52,376 nt of DNA, from contig CAYPUT010000001.1 of the NCBI GenBank assembly GCA_964413945.1, forward strand, positions 1 to 52,376, read 5' to 3'. The position numbers were made by a program, and so were the translations under genes. This DNA is from an uncultured Spirochaetaceae bacterium (GTDB lineage Bacteria; Spirochaetota; Spirochaetia; DSM-27196; PWMO01). The notes below the pieces were generated by a model, which saw nothing but the letters and a program-made list of their open reading frames with translations, did no database searches and was not told the origin of the DNA. Each line of letters opens with the position of its first letter. The first letter of the stretch is position 1. Positions 25,292 to 35,101 of the stretch are shown piece by piece.

Positions 25292-26473
25292 ATGCAGTTT
25301 CAAGTCTTTGACGACGGACCTTCGTTGGGCGACGCCTTCGGGACGCCGACCGTGATCAAGGTAATCGGTGTCGGTGGCGGTGGCAGCAACGCCGTAAATC
25401 GCATGATCGCCGCGGGGCTCTCGAACGTCGAGTTTATGGCGGTAAACACCGATCTCCAGGCGCTCCAGCTCTCGAACGCGGAGACGCGTCTGCCCCTCGG
25501 TTCGAAGCTTACCGGCGGGCTCGGCGCCGGCGGGGTTCCCGACGTCGGCGAGAAAGCCGCTCTCGAGGACAGGGACGAGATTCAGAACGTCGTCCGCGGC
25601 GCCGACATGGTCTTTATTACCGCCGGAATGGGCGGCGGGACCGGGACCGGCGCAGCGCCGATTATCGCCCAGATTGCCCGGGAGATGAATATTCTGACCG
25701 TGGCGGTGGTGACCAAGCCCTTCGACTTCGAAGGGCGCCGGAAGCACACCTTGGCGGCGGAGGGCATCCAGCGCCTTCGGGAAGAGGTGGACACCCTTAT
25801 CACCATTCCCAATCAGCATCTTCTCAAGATCGTGGAGCGCCGGACGCCTATCAAGGAAGCCTTCCTCCTCGCGGACGACGTGCTTCGCCAGGGCGTCCAG
25901 GGTATCTCCGACCTGATCACCAAGCCCGGGGAGATAAACATCGACTTCGCCGACGTCAAGACGATCATGAACGGCCGGGGAGACGCTCTGATGGGCGTCG
26001 GCGTCGGCAACGGAGATAACCGCGCCGTCGACGCGGCGACCAACGCGATCAATAACCCGCTTCTCGAAGACGCCCGGATAGAAGGTGCCAAGGGCATCTT
26101 GGTCAATGTCTGTGGGGGCGCCGACTTCAGCCTGACCGAATACGAGGAAGTCCTAAACATTATTACCGCCAACGCGGACAAGGACGCCTTGATTATCGCC
26201 GGAAGCGCCTTGGACGAGCTGATGGAAGACGAGGTCAAGGTTACGGTTATCGCCACCGGTTTCGAGCAGGCGCCCCCGGAAGAGCTGCCGGAGAAGACGC
26301 GCTCCACCGCGGAGGAGTACATCTCCCTGGACCAGTGGGTCGAGATGACCGGCGGCAAGAAACGGCATAGCGACGACGAGCTCTTCTCGCCCTCCGGTGA
26401 TACGGGGGATCATCTTGGTATTCCGGCGGTCCTCCGGTACAGGCAGGCTTCCGGCGGTAACGGCGGGGCATAG
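25292..26473 (+). CDS. ftsZ: Cell division GTPase FtsZ
   Basis: [17 protein letters not shown] and the tubulin signature [15 protein letters not shown] are present, as is NTDLQAL. A GGGAGGGG Shine-Dalgarno lies upstream. Confidence 0.97.
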   Translation: MQFQVFDDGPSLGDAFGTPTVIKVIGVGGGGSNAVNRMIAAGLSNVEFMAVNTDLQALQLSNAETRLPLGSKLTGGLGAGGVPDVGEKAALEDRDEIQNVVRGADMVFITAGMGGGTGTGAAPIIAQIAREMNILTVAVVTKPFDFEGRRKHTLAAEGIQRLREEVDTLITIPNQHLLKIVERRTPIKEAFLLADDVLRQGVQGISDLITKPGEINIDFADVKTIMNGRGDALMGVGVGNGDNRAVDAATNAINNPLLEDARIEGAKGILVNVCGGADFSLTEYEEVLNIITANADKDALIIAGSALDELMEDEVKVTVIATGFEQAPPEELPEKTRSTAEEYISLDQWVEMTGGKKRHSDDELFSPSGDTGDHLGIPAVLRYRQASGGNGGA

Positions 26474-26485
26474 GGTGCACCTTCG

Positions 26486-27394
26486 GTGAAGAACTCAATC
26501 CGCATCCAGCGTAACACCATCGACGCCTTTCAGGGCTACCTCGTTTCCGAGCTCCGCCTGTCCCCCCGTTCCGTGGAGACCTACGTCCGGGAGGTGCGGT
26601 TGTTCTCGGATTATCTCCGGCAGCAGGAGTTGTCCCTCCTGGAGATCGATTCCCGGGGCATCTCTCACTACCTGATCTCGCGAACCGAAGGCGAGACCGG
26701 CGTCGGGCAACGGACCTTGGCGCGAATCCTTTCTTCCCTGCGGTCCCTCTTTCGCTTTCTGATGCTCGAAGGGCGCCGGGCGGATAATCCGGCCGTGCTT
26801 CTCGACATGCCGCGGGCGGAACACCGCATACCGGAGGTTCTCGGGGTCGACGAGATAGACCGGCTCCTCGACGCGATAGACCTTTCTAAGGCCGTCGGTT
26901 TGCGAGACCGGGCTCTCTTCGAGTTGATCTACTCCTGCGGCCTCCGGGTTTCCGAGGCAGCGGAGCTGACCTTTACCCAGATGGACGTCGACGAAGGGCT
27001 CATTCGAATCCGGGGAAAGGGAAACAAAGAACGGATCGTTCCGGTGGGCGAACACGCGGTCGAATGGTTGACCCGCTACCTGACCTACGGACGCCTGGAG
27101 CTCGAATCGAAGAAGGCCCGAACCGACCACGTGTTTCTCAATAACCGAGGGCAGGGCCTTTCGCGGAAGGGAGTCTGGAAGCGATTCCGGGAGCTCTGTG
27201 ACGCGATAGGAGTCGAGGCGAAGGTCCATACCCTGCGTCATTCCTACGCCACCCATCTCTTGGCGGGGGGGGCGGACCTCCGGGCGGTGCAGGAGCTCCT
27301 CGGGCACGCGGACATCGCTACGACGCAGATTTACACCCATCTCGATCGGGAGGATCTAAAGGAGTACCATGAGCACTACCACCCCCGTGGCTAA
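26486..27394 (+). CDS. xerD: Xer-type site-specific tyrosine recombinase (XerD-like)
   Basis: 302-aa ORF with a GTG start. It has an N-terminal SAM-like core-binding domain and a catalytic region ...RGKGNKERIVP...HTLRHSYATHLLAGGADLRAVQELLGHADIATTQIYTHL. XerC versus XerD cannot be decided by eye. Confidence 0.8.
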   Translation: MKNSIRIQRNTIDAFQGYLVSELRLSPRSVETYVREVRLFSDYLRQQELSLLEIDSRGISHYLISRTEGETGVGQRTLARILSSLRSLFRFLMLEGRRADNPAVLLDMPRAEHRIPEVLGVDEIDRLLDAIDLSKAVGLRDRALFELIYSCGLRVSEAAELTFTQMDVDEGLIRIRGKGNKERIVPVGEHAVEWLTRYLTYGRLELESKKARTDHVFLNNRGQGLSRKGVWKRFRELCDAIGVEAKVHTLRHSYATHLLAGGADLRAVQELLGHADIATTQIYTHLDREDLKEYHEHYHPRG

Positions 27395-28097
27395 GGCCGC
27401 CGGCTGGATTCTCATGACCTCGCTCCTCGCGTCCTGCAACCTCCGGCAGGATGACTCCCTAGAGGATGTACTTGCCCTCGAGCCGCCGTCGGTTCAGGAG
27501 GAAGGTCCAACGCCGGAGCGTATCGAAGAGCTCGAGGCGGCGATAGAGCGGTTTCGTGACATTGTCGACGCCAAAGTTGAAGCGTCACGAAATATGGTCG
27601 TGTACTATAAGATGCTGGCGTCGGAGTATATAAAGCGCCAAATGTTTGGCCTGGCCCTCGACGCCTTGGATGAGGCTATCGTTATTCAACCGGAGAACCC
27701 TTCGCTTTTCTACACCGCCGGCGTCTCTGCAGCCCGTTTTGGGAAGTCCCAGATCGAAACCGCGGCAGCCCTCGAGCTCTTCAACCGGGCCGAGGCGTAC
27801 TACCGGCGTTGCATCGAGCTCGACCCGCGTCACGGCGACGCCCTCTACGGCCTTGCGGTCCTCTACGAGTTCGAGCTGGGGCGTTCCGCCGAGGCGCAAG
27901 ATATTCTCGAAGAGCTCATCTCCTTCGAGCCGAATAACTACGCCGCCCTCGGTCTTCTCGCACGGATCTACGTCGGCGAAGGAAGGGTGTCGGACGCTCT
28001 CGACATATACGAGGATATTATCGCCAACGCCAGGGATCCTGAGTTGCGGAGCCAGGCGGCTGAGAACCGCCGACGGCTGCTGGGAGAGGTGCCGTGA
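27369..28097 (+). CDS. TPR-repeat lipoprotein
   Basis: It has a signal peptide with the lipobox LLASC. TPR-like repeats follow (AEAYYRRCIELDPRHGDALYGLAVLY, ...FEPNNYAALGLLARIY). Confidence 0.7.
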   Translation: MSTTTPVAKAAGWILMTSLLASCNLRQDDSLEDVLALEPPSVQEEGPTPERIEELEAAIERFRDIVDAKVEASRNMVVYYKMLASEYIKRQMFGLALDALDEAIVIQPENPSLFYTAGVSAARFGKSQIETAAALELFNRAEAYYRRCIELDPRHGDALYGLAVLYEFELGRSAEAQDILEELISFEPNNYAALGLLARIYVGEGRVSDALDIYEDIIANARDPELRSQAAENRRRLLGEVP

Positions 28098-29152
28098 ACC
28101 GACTTCTCGCGCTCCTGGTGGACCGCATGCGTTTCCTAAAGCCCGACGAAAAACGCGGGGTCTTTGCCGCCGTCGGCTCCCCCCGAGAGTTGGGGACGCT
28201 CTCGGGGGATGACCTCTCTCAGCTTATCGGGCGACCCCTTCCTCGGCGGGAGTGGTATTTCCCTCTCGAGCTTCGAAGCGCCGAAATCTCCGAGCGGTGG
28301 CTCGACCGGCAGAATGCTACCCTGCTTGCGTCTCCGGAAGAGAGAAACTTGGGGCCGATCGGCTCCCGGGGCGACACTCTCAAACCGTATCCCGGCGCCC
28401 TCGGCGAGATCTACGATCCACCCTTCTTGCTCTACGTCAGAGGGGAAGTCGATGCGCTCTTCGAATCCGAGATTGCGGTCGTCGGAACCCGACGCCCGGA
28501 CACCGCCGCGGGCAGGGCGGCCTATCGATTCGGCGCCGAGGCCGCGGAATCCGGCGTAAGCCTCGTTTCCGGTCTGGCCCGGGGTATCGACTCGATGGTC
28601 CACCGGGGGGCGGTGTCGGCCGGCGGGGCGGGGGTGGCCGTTCTCGGAAGCGGCATAGATTCCATCTACCCCCGGGAAAACCGAAGCCTCGCCCTCTCCT
28701 TGATGGATCGCGGAGGGGCGATCGTCAGCGAATACCCGCCGGGGGTCCCGCCCCTTAAGTACCACTTTCCCGCGAGAAACCGGATTATCAGCGGCTTGGT
28801 TCGGGGCGTCGTGCTTCTCCAAGCGCCGGAGCGATCCGGGGCTCTTATTACCGTGGATCACGCCCTCGATCAAGGGCGGGACGTCTTCGTGCACCGAGAG
28901 GGGCTTGGGGCCGGCGCCGGGGATACTCGAAGCGCCGGGGGTCTCCGGCTGGTCGATAGCGGCGCGCCGGTTGTCTCCGGGTTCGCCGATGTCACGAGGC
29001 TTCTGGGGATGGACTCGGGTGCCGGAAGAGATTCCTCCGAAGGAACCGCGCCGTCCTCCGAGGCTCCGGGTAATTCGTCCCAGTGGGGCAACAGCCTGGC
29101 GGATCGGATGGCCCGTCAGCTCTCTCTGGGTCAGGAGGAACAGAAATGGTAG
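28094..29152 (+). CDS. dprA: DNA-processing protein DprA (Smf)
   Basis: AVVGTRRPD, SGLARGIDSMVHRGAV and FPARNRIISGL motifs of the DprA Rossmann-like domain are present. The C-terminus is a low-complexity Ser/Gly-rich tail. Confidence 0.9.
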   Translation: MNRLLALLVDRMRFLKPDEKRGVFAAVGSPRELGTLSGDDLSQLIGRPLPRREWYFPLELRSAEISERWLDRQNATLLASPEERNLGPIGSRGDTLKPYPGALGEIYDPPFLLYVRGEVDALFESEIAVVGTRRPDTAAGRAAYRFGAEAAESGVSLVSGLARGIDSMVHRGAVSAGGAGVAVLGSGIDSIYPRENRSLALSLMDRGGAIVSEYPPGVPPLKYHFPARNRIISGLVRGVVLLQAPERSGALITVDHALDQGRDVFVHREGLGAGAGDTRSAGGLRLVDSGAPVVSGFADVTRLLGMDSGAGRDSSEGTAPSSEAPGNSSQWGNSLADRMARQLSLGQEEQKW

Positions 29153-30096
29153 CGGTGCCCAAGGCGCTCAAGGAACGGGTTGTCGAGTATCTCTCCTACC
29201 TCCGAGAAATCCGCAATCTCTCGGGCGCCACGGTCAAGGCGTACGGGAACGACCTCTTCAGCTTTCTCGACTGGTTGGGAGATGAGGAAGATCGGGAGGA
29301 TTTGGAGATCGAAATCGATACCAGCCAGATGCGGCGCTACATCGCCCACCTCGCCCGGAGCGGCGCCGCAGAAACATCGGTTAACCGCGCCCTCTCCGCC
29401 ATAAAAAGTTTCTTTCGGCACCTTCAGAGCAACAACGAGCTCGACTACTCCCCGGCGGAAGCCATCCGGACGCTTCGGGCGCCGAAGACCCTCCCGCGTT
29501 TTCTCTTTCAGGAGGAGATGACCAAGCTCCTCGATCTCCCGGGGACGACCTTCCGGGATCACCGAGACCGCCTTATACTCGAGCTTCTCTATTCGACCGG
29601 GTGCCGGGTCAGCGAAGCGGCCGGCATTACCATCAAGGATCTCGCGAAAGACGGCCGGTCGATTCTGGTTCACGGCAAGGGCAACAAGGACCGGGTCGTC
29701 TTTCTCGGGGAAAAGGCGCGAGAGAGTCTCGTCGGCTACCTTCCGGCCCGGGAGGAGCTTCAGAAGCGCCGGGGAAGCGGCACGAAGCGACTACTCCTGA
29801 ACCGGCGAGGCGGCCCCTTGACCCAACGGGGCGTCGCTCTGATTATCGAAAAACGCGTCCGTGAGCGTGGCTTAGCCAAACACGTCTCTCCCCACACCTT
29901 TCGGCATTCCTTTGCGACGCACCTCTTGGACCACGGGGCGGACATCCGGGTGGTTCAAGCGCTTCTTGGCCACTCCAGCTTGTCGACGACACAGGTTTAC
30001 ACCCATCTTCGTCTTGGGCAGCTCAAAGAAATCTACTCGGCAGCCCACCCTCACGCACGACGAAGCGGAGAGCGGAAAGGAGACGAGGCATCATGA
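29146..30096 (+). CDS. xerC: Xer-type tyrosine recombinase (XerC/CodV-like, coupled to hslVU)
   Basis: I place the start at ATG 29146 behind an AGGAGG Shine-Dalgarno, overlapping the dprA stop. The catalytic region is [10 protein letters not shown]...[39 protein letters not shown]. Its stop overlaps the hslV start, as in the Bacillus codV-clpQ-clpY arrangement. Confidence 0.85.
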   Translation: MVAVPKALKERVVEYLSYLREIRNLSGATVKAYGNDLFSFLDWLGDEEDREDLEIEIDTSQMRRYIAHLARSGAAETSVNRALSAIKSFFRHLQSNNELDYSPAEAIRTLRAPKTLPRFLFQEEMTKLLDLPGTTFRDHRDRLILELLYSTGCRVSEAAGITIKDLAKDGRSILVHGKGNKDRVVFLGEKARESLVGYLPAREELQKRRGSGTKRLLLNRRGGPLTQRGVALIIEKRVRERGLAKHVSPHTFRHSFATHLLDHGADIRVVQALLGHSSLSTTQVYTHLRLGQLKEIYSAAHPHARRSGERKGDEAS

Positions 30097-30641
30097 AACA
30101 TAGAGATGGGGTAACCTACGGAACAACGGTTCTCGCCGTCCGGCGGGGTAATCAGGTTGCGATGGCCGGGGACGGCCAGGTAACCCTCGGCGACACGGTT
30201 ATGAAAGCCCGGGCCCGGAAGGTCCGGAAGATATTCAACGATACGGTGCTTCTGGGGTTCGCCGGCGCCACCGCCGACGCCTTTACCCTCTTCGAGCGAT
30301 TCGAGGCAAAGCTCAAGGAGTATACCGGCGATATTACCCGAGCCGCGGTCGAGCTCGCGAAGGAGTGGCGAACCGACCGGATGCTCCGGCGGTTGGAAGC
30401 TCTGCTCCTCGTCGCCGACTTAAGCCGGACGCTCTTGATCTCCGGGACCGGGGACGTCGTCGAGCCCGACGAGGGGGCGCTCGGTATCGGTTCCGGAGGA
30501 GCCTACGCCTATTCGGCGGCTCTCGCGTACCTCGACTCCTCGGAGTTGTCGGCGGAAGAGATCGCCAAGAAGGCACTCGCTATCGCCGCGTCTATCTGTG
30601 TCTACACCAACAGCGAAATAATCGTGGAGTCTCTCTCATGA
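30093..30641 (+). CDS. hslV: ATP-dependent protease subunit HslV
   Basis: [22 protein letters not shown]...[10 protein letters not shown]...GSGG is HslV (ClpQ)-like. There are 10 residues before the predicted catalytic Thr. Confidence 0.95.
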   Translation: MKHRDGVTYGTTVLAVRRGNQVAMAGDGQVTLGDTVMKARARKVRKIFNDTVLLGFAGATADAFTLFERFEAKLKEYTGDITRAAVELAKEWRTDRMLRRLEALLLVADLSRTLLISGTGDVVEPDEGALGIGSGGAYAYSAALAYLDSSELSAEEIAKKALAIAASICVYTNSEIIVESLS

Positions 30642-32092
30642 AACGAAACTTAGAAGAGCTAACCCCCAGAGAAATCGTCAAGGAGCTCGATAAATTTATC
30701 ATCGGCCAGAATAAGGCGAAGAAGGCGGTGGCTATCGCCCTTCGGAACAGACTCCGAAGAAAGCGTCTTCCCGAGGAGCTCAAGGACGAGGTCGCGCCGA
30801 AGAACATCATCATGATTGGTCCTACCGGCGTCGGAAAGACGGAAATCGCCCGGCGCATCTCCAAGTTGACCGGGGCACCCTTCGTCAAGGTCGAGGCCAC
30901 CAAGTACACCGAGGTCGGCTACGTCGGCCGGGACGTCGAATCGATGGTCCGGGATCTGGTTTCGGTCTCCGTATCCACCGTCAAGTCGGAGCTGCAGGAA
31001 GAAGTCAAGGACGAAGCGGCCCGTCGAACCGAGGAGCAGCTTCTCGATCTTCTGCTTCCGGGAATCAACAAGCCGCAGGGAGAGGCGGGCACCGGAGTGT
31101 CCGCCACCGACGCCGAGGGGACGGTTATCCCGGGTTTCGTCGCCCCCGGCGGGCCCGGAGGGTCGAACGGCGGACCGGGTGCGACAAGCGGGGGCTCCTC
31201 CACGTCCGCCGGGTCGAGTGCGACCCGGGAGAAGTTCCGCCGGATGCTCCGGGACGGCAAGCTCGAGGAGAAGGAGGTCGAGGTCAGCGTTACCAAGAGC
31301 TCGATGCCCGCCATCGAGATCTTCTCCGGCAGCAGCTTCGAGGAGATGGATCTGAATCTCGGCAACCTCGGGAGCATGTTCGGGGGACGAAAAAAGAAGA
31401 AGCAGACCAGCATCCGGCAGGCCCGGGATATTATCATGCAGCAGGAGATGGACAAGCTTGTCGACGCGGACCAGCTCTCGGAGCTCGCTAAGGAGCGGGC
31501 CGAGCAGATGGGCATTATCTTTATCGACGAGATCGACAAGATTGCCGCCAAGGAGAGCCGAAGCGGGGCCGACGTCAGCCGGGAGGGGGTCCAACGCGAC
31601 ATCCTGCCCATTGTCGAGGGGAGCACGGTAAATACGAAGCACGGGCTCGTCGATACCTCTCACGTCCTCTTTATCGCCGCCGGTGCCTTTCACACCTCGA
31701 AGCCGAGCGACCTTATTCCCGAGCTGCAGGGACGTTTTCCCCTTCGAGTGGAGCTCGAAGACCTCGGCGCCGAGGATTTTTATCAAATTCTGACCCAGCC
31801 GCAGAACGCGCTCATCAAGCAGTACACCGAGCTTCTCAAGACGGAGGGGGTTACCCTCGACTTTACCGAGGAGGCCATCCGTCGCCTCTCCCAGATCGCC
31901 GCGGACGTCAATTCCCGGACCGAAAACATCGGGGCCCGGCGCCTCCACACCATCATGGAGTTGCTCTTAGAGGAAGTCTCCTTTAACGCCCCGGATATTC
32001 AGGGCCAGACGATTTCGATAACCCCCGCCTACGTCGAGGAACGTCTCCAGGACGTGGTGGAAGACCAGGATTTGAGCAGGTACATCTTATGA
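30638..32092 (+). CDS. hslU: ATP-dependent protease ATPase subunit HslU
   Basis: I place the start at ATG 30638 (ATGA overlap with hslV). [31 protein letters not shown], Walker [14 protein letters not shown], and Walker [11 protein letters not shown] are present. The I-domain contains a Gly/Ser-rich insert. Confidence 0.95.
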   Translation: MKRNLEELTPREIVKELDKFIIGQNKAKKAVAIALRNRLRRKRLPEELKDEVAPKNIIMIGPTGVGKTEIARRISKLTGAPFVKVEATKYTEVGYVGRDVESMVRDLVSVSVSTVKSELQEEVKDEAARRTEEQLLDLLLPGINKPQGEAGTGVSATDAEGTVIPGFVAPGGPGGSNGGPGATSGGSSTSAGSSATREKFRRMLRDGKLEEKEVEVSVTKSSMPAIEIFSGSSFEEMDLNLGNLGSMFGGRKKKKQTSIRQARDIIMQQEMDKLVDADQLSELAKERAEQMGIIFIDEIDKIAAKESRSGADVSREGVQRDILPIVEGSTVNTKHGLVDTSHVLFIAAGAFHTSKPSDLIPELQGRFPLRVELEDLGAEDFYQILTQPQNALIKQYTELLKTEGVTLDFTEEAIRRLSQIAADVNSRTENIGARRLHTIMELLLEEVSFNAPDIQGQTISITPAYVEERLQDVVEDQDLSRYIL

Positions 32093-32154
32093 CCCGTTTT
32101 TTGCTGCCGACAATCAAGGTAGGAAGCTTTGCTCTGTAAGGAGGCGCAGCTAAG

Positions 32155-32571
32155 GTGTTCTTAGAAGGCTCTTTCGGACGTACCCTCGACGTTCTCCATC
32201 GAAGCATGGACGTAAGTCTGCTTCGGCAGAATGTCATCGGCAACAATATCGCGAACGCCGATACCCCGAATTTTAAGCGGACGGTGGTCAACTTCGAGAC
32301 CATGCTCGGCGACGCCCTCGCCTCGGAGCGAAAGGGTGCGTTTCCCGCCGCGTTGACCGACGAGCGCCACATGCCCTTCCACCGGCCGACGGATTACCGG
32401 AGCGTCCGGCCGACCCGGTTCCTGGATCACCTAACGACGGCGAAGAACAACGGAAACAACGTGGACATCGAGGTCGAGTCGATGGGTCTCTTGAATAACC
32501 AGCTGCTCTACACGCTCATGACCAACGCGGTCTCGGCGCAGTTTACGCAGCTTAATACGGTATTGAGGTAG
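32155..32571 (+). CDS. flgB: Flagellar basal-body rod protein FlgB
   Basis: GTG start behind an AAGGAGG Shine-Dalgarno. LRQNVIGNNIANADTPNFKR is the rod-protein N-terminal signature. Confidence 0.9.
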   Translation: MFLEGSFGRTLDVLHRSMDVSLLRQNVIGNNIANADTPNFKRTVVNFETMLGDALASERKGAFPAALTDERHMPFHRPTDYRSVRPTRFLDHLTTAKNNGNNVDIEVESMGLLNNQLLYTLMTNAVSAQFTQLNTVLR

Positions 32572-32573
32572 AT

Positions 32574-33032
32574 ATGGGGCTTTTTTCGAGCATCAACATA
32601 GCGGCAAGCGGACTGACGGCCCAACGGCTTCGACAGGACGTAATTGCGGATAACATCGCCAACGCGACGACGACACGGACCCCGGAAGGCGGACCCTTCC
32701 GGCGGAGCAGGGTAATCGTCCGGCCCCGGGTCGAACAGCCCTACTTCAAGGGGCCCTTCGTTCCGAATCGCTTGGACAACGGGGTAGGGAACGGTGTACG
32801 GGTGGTCGGGATCGAAAAGGACATGGACGCGGAGTTGCGGCTTGTCTACGATCCCACCCACCCGGACGCCATAAAGAGCGGTCCTCGGGAGGGTTACGTC
32901 GAGTATCCGAACGTCAACGCGGTAAACGAGATGGTCGACCTTATTTCCGCCACCCGCTCCTACGAAGCAAACGTTGCGGTAGTAAATAACGCCCGGACGA
33001 TGTTTCTCCGGGCACTGGAGATCGGCAGATGA
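32574..33032 (+). CDS. flgC: Flagellar basal-body rod protein FlgC
   Basis: INIAASGLTAQRLRQDVIADNIANATTTRT is at the N-terminus and EMVDLISATRSYEANV is at the C-terminus. Confidence 0.95.
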   Translation: MGLFSSINIAASGLTAQRLRQDVIADNIANATTTRTPEGGPFRRSRVIVRPRVEQPYFKGPFVPNRLDNGVGNGVRVVGIEKDMDAELRLVYDPTHPDAIKSGPREGYVEYPNVNAVNEMVDLISATRSYEANVAVVNNARTMFLRALEIGR

Positions 33033-33355
33033 CGCTTTACGGCCCCAACGAGGTAAACGGCGACCTGTTCAACCTGCAACGGACTCACCCGGATCATCTC
33101 CCGGGAAAGAACGACGTACCCCCCCGGCAGGAAGCGGGGGGGTTCCAAGAGCTCCTGATGGGCTCTCTGAACGAGGTGAACAACGCTCAGCAGGCCCACG
33201 CGGACCTTGCGGTCCGGGCGGTGGTAGAGCCGGACGCCGTGGACCCCCACGACGTAACCATAGCCGCGGCAAAGGCCAACTTGGCCCTGAGCATGACGAG
33301 AAATGTAGTCGATCGGGTCATACAGGCCTATAGAGACATAACGAATGTGAGGTAG
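33029..33355 (+). CDS. fliE: Flagellar hook-basal body complex protein FliE
   Basis: 108-aa ORF following flgC. FQELLMGSLNEVNNAQQ...HDVTIAAAKANLALSMTRNVVDRVIQAYRDI is the FliE C-terminal pattern. Confidence 0.85.
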   Translation: MTLYGPNEVNGDLFNLQRTHPDHLPGKNDVPPRQEAGGFQELLMGSLNEVNNAQQAHADLAVRAVVEPDAVDPHDVTIAAAKANLALSMTRNVVDRVIQAYRDITNVR

Positions 33356-33390
33356 CTACTCAGGCGTTTTAGTCGCCACTGGGAGGGGAC

Positions 33391-35097
33391 ATGAACGAAT
33401 GGCTTAGAAAGGTTCTCCAGCAACTCCGGGACATCTGGTCTCGGTGGAAGCCTTTGCAGAAAATCATCTTTGTCGCGGTCATTCTCGGCGCTTTCGTCGG
33501 AATTTTCGCGCTTATCTCGATAAGCTCCGCGCCCACCATGGTCCCCCTGTTGACCCGGTCGGTAACCGACGAGGAGGTCTTAGACCGGATTGCGACCCGG
33601 CTGGACCAGGAGAACGTCGACTATACGGTAACGAGCGACATGCGGATTATGGTCGATTCGGACCGGACCGCCCGGCGGATGCGGGCCCTCCTGACCCGGG
33701 AAGACCTTATTCCCTCGGAAACCGACCCCTGGGAGCTCTTCGACATGGAGCGGTGGACCCAGACGGACTTCGAGCGGAACGTCAATCTGCAGCGTTCGAT
33801 AACCCGGCAACTCGAGCAGCATATCGTTGCCCTCGACGACGTCGACTCGGCGAGCGTCAACCTGGTCATACCCCAGGACGAGCTCTTTGCCGAGGATCAG
33901 AATCCGGTAACAGCTTCGGTCATCATTGTGCCGAAGCCGGGAGCCGACATCCGGGAGAGCCGGCAGAAGATTGAAGGCATCCAGAAGCTCATTCAGTTTG
34001 CCGTAGAGGGGCTTACCGCGGAGAACATCACCATTACCGATCCCCGGGGCATCGTCTTGAACGATTTCGAGGGGATGGAGGACTTCGACCGTCTATCCCT
34101 GACCCGCAGGGAGCTCGAGCTGAAGCGGGACGTCGAGACTCAGTACATAGACGCGATTCGCCGGGCTCTGGCCCAGATCTACGGGGAGCAGCGGGTGGAA
34201 ATCGTGAACATCGACGTAGCCATCGATATGGGTAAGCGAACCGAAGAAACCCAGGAGCACTTTCCGATCGTCACCGTTCCGGATAACCCCCGGACACCCT
34301 TCGACGAGACGCAGTTCGTCCTCTCGATTCCCCGGTCCGTCGAAATGATCAACGAAAACTACGAGGGAAGCGGGTTCAACCCCGAGGGGCCCCCGGGGCA
34401 GGAGGGACAGACGCCTCCGGCGTATCAGGATCTCGAGGGTCTCGTCGGGCGCTACTCGAACAACGAAGAGCGGGTCAATAACGAAGTAAACTCGCGGCAC
34501 ATTGTCGAGGAAAAGAGCCCGGAGATAACCCGGGTAACCGCGAGTGTCGCCCTGGACGGCGTCTGGCGGTGGCAATATAATGACAGAGGCGAAGTGGTCC
34601 TTAATTCCGACGGAAGCATTGCCCGGGAGTACATTCCCGTCTCTCCGGAAGAGCTCGAAAAAGCCCGGGATCTGGTGCGCCACGCCGTGGGGTTCAACCC
34701 GGACCGGGGAGACGCAGTCACCGTTCAGCACCTGCCGTTCGACCGCTCTCGAGCCCACGAAGAGGAAGACGCCGCCTTCCGACGGCGAAGACAGGTCCAG
34801 ATGATCGTCCTCTACAGTCTGATCGGGCTTGCGAGCCTACTGGTCATCTTTATCGTCTTCCGCCTGATTTCCCGGGAGATCGAGCGGCGGCGACGCCTCC
34901 GAGAGGAGGAGCTGGCACGGCAGCATCAGGCGATGCGGGAAGCCGCCTTGCGGAGCGCCGAGGAAGAGGGAGCCGACGTCGAAATGTCAGTCGAGGAACG
35001 GGCCCGGTTGGAGTTGCAGGAGCACGCCATCAACCTGGCCCGGGAGCATCCCGAGGATGTTGCCCAGCTCATTCGTACCTGGCTGATAGAGGAGTAG
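33391..35097 (+). CDS. fliF: Flagellar MS-ring protein FliF
   Basis: 568-aa ORF with N- and C-terminal TM helices and YscJ/FliF-type periplasmic domains. A GGGAGGGG Shine-Dalgarno lies upstream. Confidence 0.95.
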   Translation: MNEWLRKVLQQLRDIWSRWKPLQKIIFVAVILGAFVGIFALISISSAPTMVPLLTRSVTDEEVLDRIATRLDQENVDYTVTSDMRIMVDSDRTARRMRALLTREDLIPSETDPWELFDMERWTQTDFERNVNLQRSITRQLEQHIVALDDVDSASVNLVIPQDELFAEDQNPVTASVIIVPKPGADIRESRQKIEGIQKLIQFAVEGLTAENITITDPRGIVLNDFEGMEDFDRLSLTRRELELKRDVETQYIDAIRRALAQIYGEQRVEIVNIDVAIDMGKRTEETQEHFPIVTVPDNPRTPFDETQFVLSIPRSVEMINENYEGSGFNPEGPPGQEGQTPPAYQDLEGLVGRYSNNEERVNNEVNSRHIVEEKSPEITRVTASVALDGVWRWQYNDRGEVVLNSDGSIAREYIPVSPEELEKARDLVRHAVGFNPDRGDAVTVQHLPFDRSRAHEEEDAAFRRRRQVQMIVLYSLIGLASLLVIFIVFRLISREIERRRRLREEELARQHQAMREAALRSAEEEGADVEMSVEERARLELQEHAINLAREHPEDVAQLIRTWLIEE

Positions 35098-35101
35098 TAG
35101 T

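Noticed and set aside
26486-30096. Two tyrosine recombinases as a sign of an integrated mobile element or integron.
   Set aside because: Both look like housekeeping Xer proteins. No flanking direct or inverted repeats, phage or transposon genes, or compositional shift were seen. The genes in between (TPR, dprA) are core genes.
32093-32154. A sigma28 -10-like GCCGACAA (32106-32113), or a sigma70 promoter, upstream of flgB.
   Set aside because: There is no TAAA-type -35 at the right distance; the sequence there is CTTAT. There is also no acceptable sigma70 -10 at 16-18 nt from TTGCTG. There is also no clear terminator after hslU, so read-through from hslVU is equally plausible.
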